Source: Thecamonas trahens ATCC 50062
Lineage: Eukaryota; Protista; Apusomonadida
Direction of reading: 5' to 3'
DNA length: 64,000 bases
Assembly (NCBI RefSeq): GCF_000142905.1
Contig: NW_013657619.1
Span: forward strand, 68,735-132,734
In this document: positions 10,201 through 20,229 of the stretch, piece after piece
How the letters are laid out: each line of letters starts with the position of its first letter
Numbering within the stretch: position 1 is the stretch's first letter
The notes under the pieces: generated by a model
Told to the model about the DNA's origin: nothing
The model's database searches: none
What the model saw: only the letters and a program-made list of their open reading frames with translations
Position numbers and translations under genes: made by a program

Positions 10201-11855
10201 AGACCCTTGCAGATGGGTACCAGCTTCTCTCTATTGCGGCGATGGACCTGCAGTTTGTGCGGCCTGGATGCGAGATGGTCCCCGGCTCGTACGAGGCGGT
10301 ATTCTTCGGGACGCTGGGCGCATGGGCGGCTTTGGTGGTGCTTGCCTGTGGTGTGCTTGCCAACCTGTTGCTCTGCTGTCGGTCGCGAGCTGCCCAGTTT
10401 TCGGACCGGCTGCCGCGGGCGCTAATGCTGTTGGCCGACGTGATGTACTTGCCTGTGACGAGTGCGTGCTTGGAGGCCATGTTTTGCGTGGACGGAGTCC
10501 GTAGTGATCTCGTAGTTGCCGCGGCGCGCAACTTGGAGTGCTTCCGCGGCTTGCACATTGCGATGTTTGCTACTGCGCTCTCTGGGCTGGTGTTGTACTC
10601 GCTTGGATACGTGGTAGCGGTGGCGCTCAACGTGCGGCTGCTCCGGTACCTTGGCTACGTGACGACGCAGCTGACGTCACGGAGCTCACGGGTGCTTGCG
10701 CGGCACGGATACCTTGTAGAGCAATACCACGAGCAGGCGTACTGGTGGCAAGTGGCGCAGCTTACCATGTTTGCAGTCGTTGCCGCCATTAGCGTCTTTC
10801 TTCGCGACGCCGAGTGGGCCCAGGCCGGGATGACTGCGGTGCTGCTCTACGGCGCCGCGTGCGTCGTGGTGGTTGTCCGCCCGCTGCGAGCGCCATGGCG
10901 GAACGTGGTGCTGGCCGCAACCTACGCGACAGCGGCAACGGTGGCGATATTCAACCAGTTGGTAGCGGACACGATGAGTGAGAGCGCCGGGCGTGTCGCC
11001 TCGCTCGTAGTCTTTGTCATCGCCATGGTCGGTGTCGGTGGCTGCGCCGTGTGGGTATGCCGGACTGTCGCCGGGCTCCAGCTGCGCAAGCGGCGGACCA
11101 AGGTCGACGATATAGCGGTGATGGTCACACGTGTATTGTCGACCTCATCCGAGTCGACAGACCGCACCAGACACCACGAGGCTGAGGCTAAGGCCAACCG
11201 CGCAGCTCATCGTGAGCTCCTTGCCGAGAACGTGCTCTCGCTCCCATCGCTCATCTCGCCGGCGGCCACCCAGGTGCTCCCGGGCACGCTGATGGACGCG
11301 ACGGGCGCTGTCTCGCTATCGCTCTCGTCACCGACAACGTCGTCGTCGACATCGTCGTCGTTCTCGCTGTCGTCGTCGCTCTCACTATCGTCGTCATTGG
11401 CTCAATCGCCACCGTGGGAGCTGTCCGAGTTGGTGACCGCTGCCGGCGCGCGGCTGAATGTGACCGTACCCGGTGAGGGTGAGAGCACCATTGTCGAGCG
11501 CTGGGCGCACCACCAGTCGTACCGGATATCGCACTCGGTCTCCGACGAGTACGGACCGGCAATAGCCTCGCTTCAACGTGTGCCATCACGCAGCCCACCT
11601 TCAGATGCCTTCAGCTCGTTCGACTCGACATCGTCGCTCTGGCAAGGCCAGCCGCCGTCTTTGTCTGAATCGTCTGGGTCGTGGTCGTCGGCGTCTGGGT
11701 CGTGTGAGCCGACCTCGCCAGCCCCGCCGTCGCCGCCATCTGCGCTGCCTCTGCCAACATCGCCAACACCGCCAACACCGCCATCACCGCCATCCCCGCC
11801 GACCCCGCCGACCCCGCCGACCCCACCGACCCCATCATCCCCGCCATCCTCGTAA
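7262..11855 (+). CDS. Tandem paralog of the 2011-7029 receptor (copy 2), with two -1 nt indels (about 7676 and 8194-8199)
   Basis: ORFs 7262-7699, 7696-8328 and 8334-11855 align colinearly with copy 1. Adding one G at GG 7675-7676 gives VAGKYYALAV (copy 1: VAGTHYALAV). Adding one T to the T6 run gives LTLFFSQPTN (copy 1: LTLSFSSPTN). Confidence 0.85.
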
Positions 11856-12126
11856 CATTCGACATTGTGTGCATGTGATGAAACCAGTGAAGCACCCGTA
11901 GCCTACCCTGATCGCCATACCTCTCCCCCTCTCCGCCTCCAATCGATCGGTTCCATTTGACTCCTCCCCCCCTCCCCTCCCCCCCCTCCCCCCTTTGGTG
12001 CCGAACGCCATCCATCCTTCTTTCGGCCACCGCCACCATACCACACGCGACCTAGGTCGGACCCACCCCCCCGACGGCCACCACCCCGACACCCGGCACC
12101 ACCCCACGACCCTACCCCCCGCGAGC

Positions 12127-15100
12127 ATGCCGTACATCACGCCGGCCATGCTGGGCAAGGTGCAGCAGGATGCGTCTGCCGTGCGCAATGTGTGCATCCT
12201 CGCCCATGTGGACCACGGGAAGACAACGCTCTCCGACTCACTCATCGCCACCAACCAGATCATCTCATCGCGACTGGTGGGAGAGGTGCGATACATGGAC
12301 TCGACGCCCGAGGAGCAGGCACGGGGCATCACCATGAAGGCATCGGCCATCTCGCTTCTCCATGGTTTCATGCCCAAGGAGGCAGACAAGCCGCAGCCGC
12401 ATCTCATCAATCTCATCGATTCTCCCGGTCATCTCGACTTTGCTCAGGAGGTCTCCACCGCTGTCCGCAACTGCGATGGTGCACTGGTCCTCGTCGACGT
12501 CCTCGAGGGCGTCTCCAAGCAGACTCATGGCGTGCTCGAGCAGGCCTGGCGGGAGCAGCTCACCCCGATTCTGGTCTTTAACAAGATCGATCGCCTCATC
12601 CTCGAGCTCAAGCTCGATCCCATGGAGGCCTACGAGCACATGCGCCAGCTGCTGGAGCAGGTCAATGTTATCACAGGCACTCTTTTTGTCTCGGACTTGC
12701 TCTCCAAGTACGACTCGGCCGCCGCGAACTCAAGCGATGGGGCAAGCGGCGGCACGACGGCTGCCGGCGACAGCCCGAACGACGACGACATCTGGGCCGA
12801 CGCCGACGACAAGGACCTCTACTTTTCGCCCGAGCGCGGTAACGTGCTCTTTGCCTCAGCCATCGATGGCTGGGCTTTTTCGCTCGAGCACTTTGTCGAG
12901 CTGTACGCAGCTAAGATGGGCGCGTCGCGCAAGGCGCTCTCGCGCACTCTCTGGGGCCCTTACTACTACCATCCCAAGAAGAAGACCATTCTTAAGCACG
13001 ACGACGCCAAGGGCAAGCTCAAGCCGCTCTTTGTCTCGCTTGTCCTCTCCAACATCTGGTCCGTCTACACCGCGTCGGTCGTCGCGCCCGACCCGGACAA
13101 GATCGACAAGATCGTGGCCTCGCTCAAACTTCGCATTCCGGCCCGCGTCCTCCGCTCCAAGGATCGCCGCATCCTCGCCAAGACCATGATGGCGCAGTGG
13201 CTCCCGCTTGCCCCGGCCATCCTCGACAAGGTCGTCACCGTCCTTCCCTCGCCGCGCACCGCGCAAGCGCTCCGCTTCCCCATGCTCCTCCCGACGCTGG
13301 CGAGCCCCGAGCCGCCAGCCCACCTCGATGCCGCCGTTGGCACCGCCGTCGCCGCCTGCGACCCGCTCGCTCCGGTCACGCTGGCCTTTGTCTCCAAGAT
13401 GGTCGCCTTTGCCGCAGACACCCTTCCGGCGCCCGAGCAGGTCATCTCCACTGCGTACCGTGACAAGCGCCAGCGCGAGAAGGATGGTGACGCCGCAGCA
13501 AGCGCTAGTGCGGACGGCGGCGCGCCTGACGCGTCCGACGACGTCGACCCGGGCATCCCGTTGCCCGACGACTTTGACGAGGCCGACGCCGCCGCCGCCC
13601 GCGCCGCAGCCGCGGCGTCAAGCTCGGCCGCCAGCGCCCCGGCGCAGTCGCGCTCGCCGGACGACACCATCTTTGTGGCCTTCACCCGCGTCTTTGCCGG
13701 CACGCTCTCAGTCGGCGACACGGTGTATGTGCTCGGGCCCAAGTACGATCCGCGGCGGCCGGACGAGCACGTGGCGTCGATCACCATCACCACGCTCTTC
13801 CTCATGATGGGCCGCTCGCTCGAGTATGCTCAGTCGGTCCCTGCCGGCAACGTGTGCGGCATCGGCGGGCTGGAGGATGTGGTCTTCAACACCGCCACGC
13901 TCTCGACCTCTCTCGCCGTTCCCTCGTTTACCGCCATGCAGCAGCAAGTCGCGCCCATTGTGCGCGTCGCGGTCGAGCCGCGGAACCCGGCTAACTTGGC
14001 CAAGGTCAAGGACGGCTTGCGCATCCTCAACCAAGCCGACCCGTGCGCCCAGGTTCTTGTTCAGGCCAATGGCGAGCACGTCCTTCTTGCTGCCGGTGAA
14101 CTCCATCTGCAAAAGTGTCTCAAGGATCTCCGTGAGCGCTTTGCAAAGTGCGCCGTCTGGGCCTCGGACCCCATTGTGCCGTACCGCGAGACCGTTGTCT
14201 CGCTTGTCGACGATGCCAACGTCGACTCGCGTGCCGCCACCGACGTTGCGCCCGAGGCTCGTGCCCGCGCTGCCGCCGCCGTCGCCGCCGCTGACGCCGG
14301 CCTCGCACACCCAATCATGGCGCTCGCGACGCCTTCGAACGAGACGAGCCGCTCGTCAGCAGCGACTTCTCTGGCTCCTTCGGATTCCGACGGCGCCGCG
14401 TCGAGTAGCGCGCCCGACGCGCCGGCGCCTGCCGACGATGTAGACGGCGACATCGACACCACGGCGGCCGGGCGGCTCGGACGCGGGCTTGCGTGGGGTG
14501 CGGCTGGCGGAGCGGCTCGTCGCTGCGCACCTTACCGCAACCGGCGAGCATCCGCTCGCCGGCGCAGCTTTCCACCTCGGCCCGACGGCGCCGGTTGTCG
14601 CCGCGCTCTCGGCTGACAAAACTTGCGCCGTGTTTGTGTCGGCGGCGCCGATGCCGGGCTCGCTAGTGGGCGCCATTGACGCCGCGCGCGATGCGCTCAA
14701 GGACGCGATGGGCACGTCGGCGAGCGCGGCGCAGGACGCGGTGCGCGAGACCGGGCTCGCACCCGCGTTTGAGGCCGCCGGATGGGGCCATCTCGTCGAC
14801 GCGGTGGCGGCGCTCGGCCCGTCGCGGGTCGGGCCCAACGTCCTGCTCAACGGCCTCGCGGCGGCGACGGATGCGGAGCTCGTCGACGAGCTCATGTCGT
14901 CGATGGCGACCGGGTTCCAACTGGCGACCTCGGCCGGCCCGCTCTGCGCCGAGCCGTTGATGGGAGTGGCGTTTGAGGTTGTCGGCCTGCTGCGGATTGC
15001 CGGCGCCGAGGTCAACTCGGCCGCCGCCGCCAACTACGGCCCGCTTGCCGGGCAAATGATGTCTGCTATGAAGAGTGCAGCTGGCGAGGCGCTCCTCGCA

Positions 15101-15538
15101 CAGTCGCCGCGGCTGATGGAGGCCATGTACAAGTGCGAGGTGCAGGCCAACGCCGACTCGCTGGGCAAGCTCTATGCGCTTCTTTTCCAGCGGCGCGGCA
15201 AGGTTCTCAACGAGTCGATGCGCGAGGGCACGCCGTACTTTGTCATCGAGGCCCTGCTCCCGGTCTCCGAGTCGTTTGGCCTCGCCGACCGCATCCAGCG
15301 CTCGACCACCGGCGTCGCCGCCCCTCAGCTTGCTTTTGCCTCGTTTGCCACCAACCCGCTCGACCCGTTCTGGGTCCCGCGGACCGAGGACGAGCTCGAA
15401 GAGTACGGCGCGACGACCAACGAGCCGAACAAGGTCTTTGCCCTCATGAACGCCGTCCGCTCCCGCAAGGGTCTGGAGATCTTTGAGAAGCTCGTCGAGC
15501 ACGCTGACAAGCAGCGGACGCACAAGCGCAACAAGTAA
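12127..15538 (+). CDS. EFL1: Elongation factor-like GTPase 1 (Ria1/EFL1), 60S maturation factor; one frameshift near 14470
   Basis: RNVCILAHVDHGKTTLSDSL, YMDS.PEEQ.RGITMK, NLIDSPGH, NKIDR, FSPERGNV.FASAIDGW, PIVRVAVEP, LNQADP, GELHL..CL.DL, GFQLAT..GPLCAEP, DPFWVP.TEDELEEYG, KQRT..RNK C-terminus. Removing one G at GGG 14470-14472 joins the two ORFs. Confidence 0.95.
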
Positions 15539-15583
15539 GACTACGTTCAGAGTGGGGAGGGGAAGGGGGAGGGGGGAGCTAGG

Positions 15584-18310
15584 TCATTCATTCTTGGCGG
15601 CTGAGACACTGGTGGCAGCCGTCGTTGCCGCAGCAGCCTCCGAGGAGGAGGCGGCGGTGGACGAAGCCGCGGCGTCATCGGACGGGCCGTCGTCGGCGGA
15701 TTGCGGCTGGGTCGGGCCGGCCGAGTCGGCGGTTTCTGGGGCCGGTGCCGGGCCGGCGTCGCCGGTCGACTGGGAGAGCCAGGGGTGCTTGAGCATGTCT
15801 GCGGCCGAGGCGCGCGACTTGGGATCAAACTCGAGCATGGGCTGAAGGAAGAACGAGAGGGCGACGGCCTCCTTGAGCGGCCAGCCGTACTTTTCGCGGA
15901 GGACGGCGTGGATGCGCCACTCCCGCAGGTTGCGGATGTTGCGCAGCTCGCCGCGGCGGGTGAAAAAGTCCCGCGCATACTTGCCACGAGTAGCGACTGC
16001 GCGGGGCATGGGACCCAGTGTCTCAATCAGCCTCGCCAAGTGATCCTCGTCACGCGAGTAGTAGCCACCCGAGTGCGGGTTGAACAGAAAGTCGCCCGTG
16101 CAGAGCTCAAAAATCATGCAAGCCAGCGACCAGACATCCACCTTGGTCGAGTAGCCAGCGCCGAGGATGACCTCGGGTGCCCGGTACTGGCGCGTCTGGA
16201 TGTCGTCGGTAAAGTGCTTGTCGACCCAGCACGCGTTGCCGAGATCCGCAATCTTGACCTTGGTCGAGAGGTCGACCTTGACCTCCTTCCGTCGCTTCTT
16301 GGACGGCGACCGCGACTCGGATGCCGACGCACCCTCGGCCGCCGCGTCCTCGGACGCCCGCGTCGCCTCGGTTCCGCGCGTCGCACGCTCGCCGTCGCCG
16401 CCCTTGCCGTTGAGTGACGCATTCGACTTGTTCTTCTCTTTCTTGGCCTTGGACTGCTTGCGCCGCAGCTTGCGGTCGCGCCGCCGGCCGAACCCACGCA
16501 CGTGCGCCAGGTTTGGCGGCGTGGCCGCCATCTCCTGAAGCTCCTCCTCGGAAATCGTGAGCAGCACGTTCTCCGGCTTGAGGTCCGTGTGAATAATCCC
16601 GCACTCGTCGTGGAGAAAGGCAAGGCCCTCGAGGACCTGCTTGGCAATTCGCCGCACAATGTCCAGTGGGAGCCCATTGTAGTTGGACTGCTTGATGAGC
16701 CGGAGCAGGTTGCAGTGGAGGACCTCAAAGACCATGCACACGTGCTTGCCGTGCGGGCCGTAGTGCACAAAGTGGTCGATGAGGTGCACCACAGGCTGCT
16801 TGCCGCCCACATCGTGCTCAGACGCACGGGCAAGGAGCTTCACCTCATCCTCCGCTGCCTCCATGTAGTGCGGCGACGACTTGACAATCTTGAGCGCCAC
16901 ATACCGGCCCGAGTCCTCGTCCAGCGCCAGCCACACCGTCGAAAAGTGGCCCCATCCGAGCTTGCGCACAACCCGGAACCGCGAGTTGAACGTGTGTCCA
17001 ATGTCCACCGGGTGGTAGCCGCCTGTGGAAGAGGTGGGAGAGGGAGAGGGGAGGAGGGGGGGGGGGTGAGGCGGTGATATGCCAGAAAGCGGGAAAAGGC
17101 CGTGAAAGTGGCAGGAGGGGAAGGGGGGGGGGGGGGGGGAGGGAGGGGGGCGAGGTGGTGGCGAAGGCCGGAACCCGGGCGTAGGGGTAGTGGTCGAGGG
17201 TAGGGTGCGAGGAGGGACCCCGATCACGACGGACNNNNNNNNNNNNNNNNNNNNNNNNNNNNNNNNNNNNNNNNNNNNNNNNNNNNNNNNNNNNNNNNNN
17301 NNNNNNNNNNNNNNNNNNNNNNNNNNNNNNNNNNNNNNNNNNNNNNNNNNNNNNNNNNNNNNNNNNNNNNNNNNNNNNNNNNNNNNNNNNNNNNNNNNNN
17401 NNNNNNNNNNNNNNNNNNNNNNNNNNNNNNNNNNNNNNNNNNNNNNNNNNNNNNNNNNNNNNNNNNNNNNNNNNNNNNNNNNNNNNNNNNNNNNNNNNNN
17501 NNNNNNNNNNNNNNNNNNNNNNNNNNNNNNNNNNNNNNNNNNNNNNNNNNNNNNNNNNNNNNNNNNNNNNNNNNNNNNNNNNNNNNGGGGGGAGGGAGGG
17601 GGGGCGAGTGTGGCAAGCCGAACCCGGGCTGGGGTATGGTCAGGGTAGGGTGCAGAGGGAGGGAGGGAGGGAGGGAGGGAAGGAGGGGGAGAGGGAGGGA
17701 GGGAGGGAGGGAGGGGAGAGGGAGGGGGGAGGAGGGAGGTCATGATCGCGATCACGCTGACGATCATGCGGGAGGGGCGAAAGGGGGAGGAACAACGGGG
17801 GGTGCGGGTGGGGCAGGGCATGGGGAAAGGCAGGCAAAAAAAAAAGGAGGAGAGCAAGGCAAGATGGTACGTACCCTTCTTGTAGTCGGCCGAGCCCTCG
17901 TCCGACTCAGAGTCCTCTGAGAGTGGCTCGGTGGTGGAGAGCACGCCGCCCGGAATGGCGTCGAGCTCGAGGTCGGCGTCCATGGCCAGCAAGGCAGCAA
18001 CGGGTGCCGAGGGGCCTGTTTTTTTCTTGGACTTGTTTTTGGCCGCTCCGGCCGTCCCACCCGCCGCAGGAGCAGGAGCAGCACCGGCGGCAAAGCCATG
18101 GCCTCCGGCCTTGTGCCCGCTCGTGGTGGAACCGCCGTCGCCGCCTGCAGCAGCCGTGCCGCCTGCTGCGCTGCCGCTGCCTGCCCCCGCGCCGGAGCTG
18201 CCTCGATCGCCGCCCGCCCCGCTCTTCTTGGGTCGGAAAGGCGGAATGGCCTGGGTGGCGAACCGCGAGGCCTTGCTCTTCTTAGTCTTCTTCTTGCCCG
18301 TCCCAGACAT
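15584..18310 (-). CDS. SRPK: SR protein kinase (SRPK/Sky1/Dsk1 family); exons 18310-17875 and 17022-15584
   Basis: Splicing GTACGT (17874)...CAG (17023) restores the canonical DYKKGGYHPV. Also KLGWGHFSTVW, ALKIVKS, IIHTDLKPEN, a spacer insert, KIADLGNACW and DIQTRQYRAPEV. The intron contains an assembly gap. Confidence 0.95.
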   Translation of the reverse strand: MSGTGKKKTKKSKASRFATQAIPPFRPKKSGAGGDRGSSGAGAGSGSAAGGTAAAGGDGGSTTSGHKAGGHGFAAGAAPAPAAGGTAGAAKNKSKKKTGPSAPVAALLAMDADLELDAIPGGVLSTTEPLSEDSESDEGSADYKKGTYHLALLSSFFFCLPFPMPCPTRTPRCSSPFRPSRMIVSVIAIMTSLLPPPSPLPPSLPPSPPPSLPPSLPPSAPYPDHTPARVRLATLAPPPSPXXXXXXXXXXXXXXXXXXXXXXXXXXXXXXXXXXXXXXXXXXXXXXXXXXXXXXXXXXXXXXXXXXXXXXXXXXXXXXXXXXXXXXXXXXXXXXXXXXXXXXXXXXXXXXXXXXXXXXSVVIGVPPRTLPSTTTPTPGFRPSPPPRPPPSPPPPPFPSCHFHGLFPLSGISPPHPPPLLPSPSPTSSTGGYHPVDIGHTFNSRFRVVRKLGWGHFSTVWLALDEDSGRYVALKIVKSSPHYMEAAEDEVKLLARASEHDVGGKQPVVHLIDHFVHYGPHGKHVCMVFEVLHCNLLRLIKQSNYNGLPLDIVRRIAKQVLEGLAFLHDECGIIHTDLKPENVLLTISEEELQEMAATPPNLAHVRGFGRRRDRKLRRKQSKAKKEKNKSNASLNGKGGDGERATRGTEATRASEDAAAEGASASESRSPSKKRRKEVKVDLSTKVKIADLGNACWVDKHFTDDIQTRQYRAPEVILGAGYSTKVDVWSLACMIFELCTGDFLFNPHSGGYYSRDEDHLARLIETLGPMPRAVATRGKYARDFFTRRGELRNIRNLREWRIHAVLREKYGWPLKEAVALSFFLQPMLEFDPKSRASAADMLKHPWLSQSTGDAGPAPAPETADSAGPTQPQSADDGPSDDAAASSTAASSSEAAAATTAATSVSAAKNE

Positions 18311-19126
18311 GCCGCTCTGCTGCCTACGGGCCTTGCAACGTCCGCCCTTGCCCGCGACAAGTGTACCGCTTCTCCCGCCCACACGCCCTCGCTCCCGGCC
18401 TGGCCCCCCCCCCCCCTCTCCCGCCCGTCTTCCTCTCCAACACCGCCTCGCCCGCTCCTTGCCACTTTGTCAGCCGTCACTCGCCATTATTCGCGCCCTC
18501 GCCTCATCACCCCTATATTGATTGCTGGCACGTCGCTTCCGGCTACCTGTCACCGCCTGCCAAACTCGCCGAGACCGGCATGAACAGCTCAGCGCTTTGC
18601 CACCCGCCCACTGACACGCCGCCGTACAGCTGTAGGTGGGAGGAGAAGCCGGGCGCGGCCGCAGAGGCAAGCCCATGGTGGTGGTGGTGGAGTCGGCGGT
18701 GACTGACCCTGTCCATATTTTTGCTCGACCCGCACGCGCAGTCTCGCCTGCCGAGACCCACCCAGCATAGCAATGGTCCAGGCCAGCGAGCCGCGGGTGC
18801 GGTAGAGCGACAGGCAGCATGTAGGGGGTGCACTACATATGGCATGGTAGCTGTTGTTCACCTAGCATCCGTGCAGTTTGGAAGAGCGGGCTGTGTCCTT
18901 AACCGCTTGCCGAGAAAAAACGACCCAAAAATTGGCTGATGTGTGTGTCTGTGTGAACATGGATGGCAGGAGAGGAAGCCTTCCCGTTCGGGTCACATTG
19001 GGCCGCAGGACGCGTCGCAGGACAGCCGTGACTCAACCACCACCACCACCACCACCACCGCCACCACCGTCAGCCACCACACCTCGCATCCAGCAGTCAC
19101 CACACTCGACTCTTCGGAAGTAAGCC

Positions 19127-20188
19127 ATGGCCGAGACGCACCCAGGCGAGAGTCCAAGCACAGCAGCTCCGGGCGGAGGAGCAGGCGGAGCTGGCGGAGC
19201 TGGCGGCGATGGAGCAGGCGACAACGGAGTGGCAGCAGGCGCTGGTGACCGGCAGCAGCCTACGGTGGACGAGATCGAGGCCGGATTCCGGGCTGTGCAG
19301 GATGCGATCTGCTCGTTTTTGGAGGAGATGACCGGCGAGACGTACACCGAGGACGTGTGGGAGTACGAGAAGGGGACCGGCGGCGGGCGGACGCGGGTGT
19401 GGGAGGGTGGGGCCCATCTGGAGAAGGCTGGCGTCAACTGGTCGGGCATTGCGGGTGACGACCTCCCGCCGTCTGCGCAAAAGGCCTTCAACATCCCGCC
19501 AGGCACCCCATATCGCGCCACGGGCGTCTCGCTCGTCATCCACCCGCGATCGCCGCTCGTTCCCACCATCCACGCCAACATCCGCTACTTTGCCGCCGGC
19601 GACGCCGTCTGGTGGTTTGGCGGCGGCATCGACCTCACCCCGTACTACCCAGACATCGACGGCGTCATCGCCTTTCATCGCAAGCTCGCTGACCTCTGTG
19701 CCGCTCACAGCGTCGACTACGCCGCCGCCAAGAAGACCTGCGACGAGTACTTTTTCCTCCCGCACCGCCAGGAGACCCGCGGCGTCGGCGGCCTCTTCCT
19801 CGACCACCTCAACACCGATCCCGCTGCCCACTTTGACTTTCTCTGTGCTCTCGGCCACGCCTTTGCCGATCTCTACGGCCTCTTCCTCACCTCGGCCGCC
19901 CTCACCGCCCCATACTCGGACGACGAGCGCGAGTTCCAGCTCTATCGCCGCGGCCGCTACGTCGAGTTCAACCTCCTCTTTGATCGCGGCACAAAGTTTG
20001 GCATCCAGTCGCGCGGTCGGACAGAGTCCATCCTCATGTCGCTCCCGGCCACTGTCAACTGGAAGTACAACTGGGCCCCGAGCCCCGGCTCGCGCGAGGC
20101 AGTCCTCTACGACCACTATCTGCGCCCGCAGCCGTGGCTCGACCTCACCGACGACGAGCGCGACGCCATGCGCCTCCCGCAACACTAA
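19127..20188 (+). CDS. CPOX: Oxygen-dependent coproporphyrinogen III oxidase
   Basis: GGGRTRV..GG..LEKAGVN, ATGVSLVIHP..P.VPT.HANIRYF, WWFGGGIDLTPYY, CDEYFFLPHR.ETRGVGGLF, QLYRRGRYVEFNLLFDRGTKFG, RTESILMSLP. Confidence 0.97.
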   Translation: MAETHPGESPSTAAPGGGAGGAGGAGGDGAGDNGVAAGAGDRQQPTVDEIEAGFRAVQDAICSFLEEMTGETYTEDVWEYEKGTGGGRTRVWEGGAHLEKAGVNWSGIAGDDLPPSAQKAFNIPPGTPYRATGVSLVIHPRSPLVPTIHANIRYFAAGDAVWWFGGGIDLTPYYPDIDGVIAFHRKLADLCAAHSVDYAAAKKTCDEYFFLPHRQETRGVGGLFLDHLNTDPAAHFDFLCALGHAFADLYGLFLTSAALTAPYSDDEREFQLYRRGRYVEFNLLFDRGTKFGIQSRGRTESILMSLPATVNWKYNWAPSPGSREAVLYDHYLRPQPWLDLTDDERDAMRLPQH

Positions 20189-20229
20189 AACTGCGCGTCC
20201 TGGCTGGCTGGCTTGGGTGTGCCCTCCTT

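Noticed and set aside
17023-17874. Pro-rich in-frame extension of SRPK in the 932-aa ORF
   Set aside because: It is an intron (GTACGT...CAG) with an N gap. Splicing restores the conserved KKGGYHPV.
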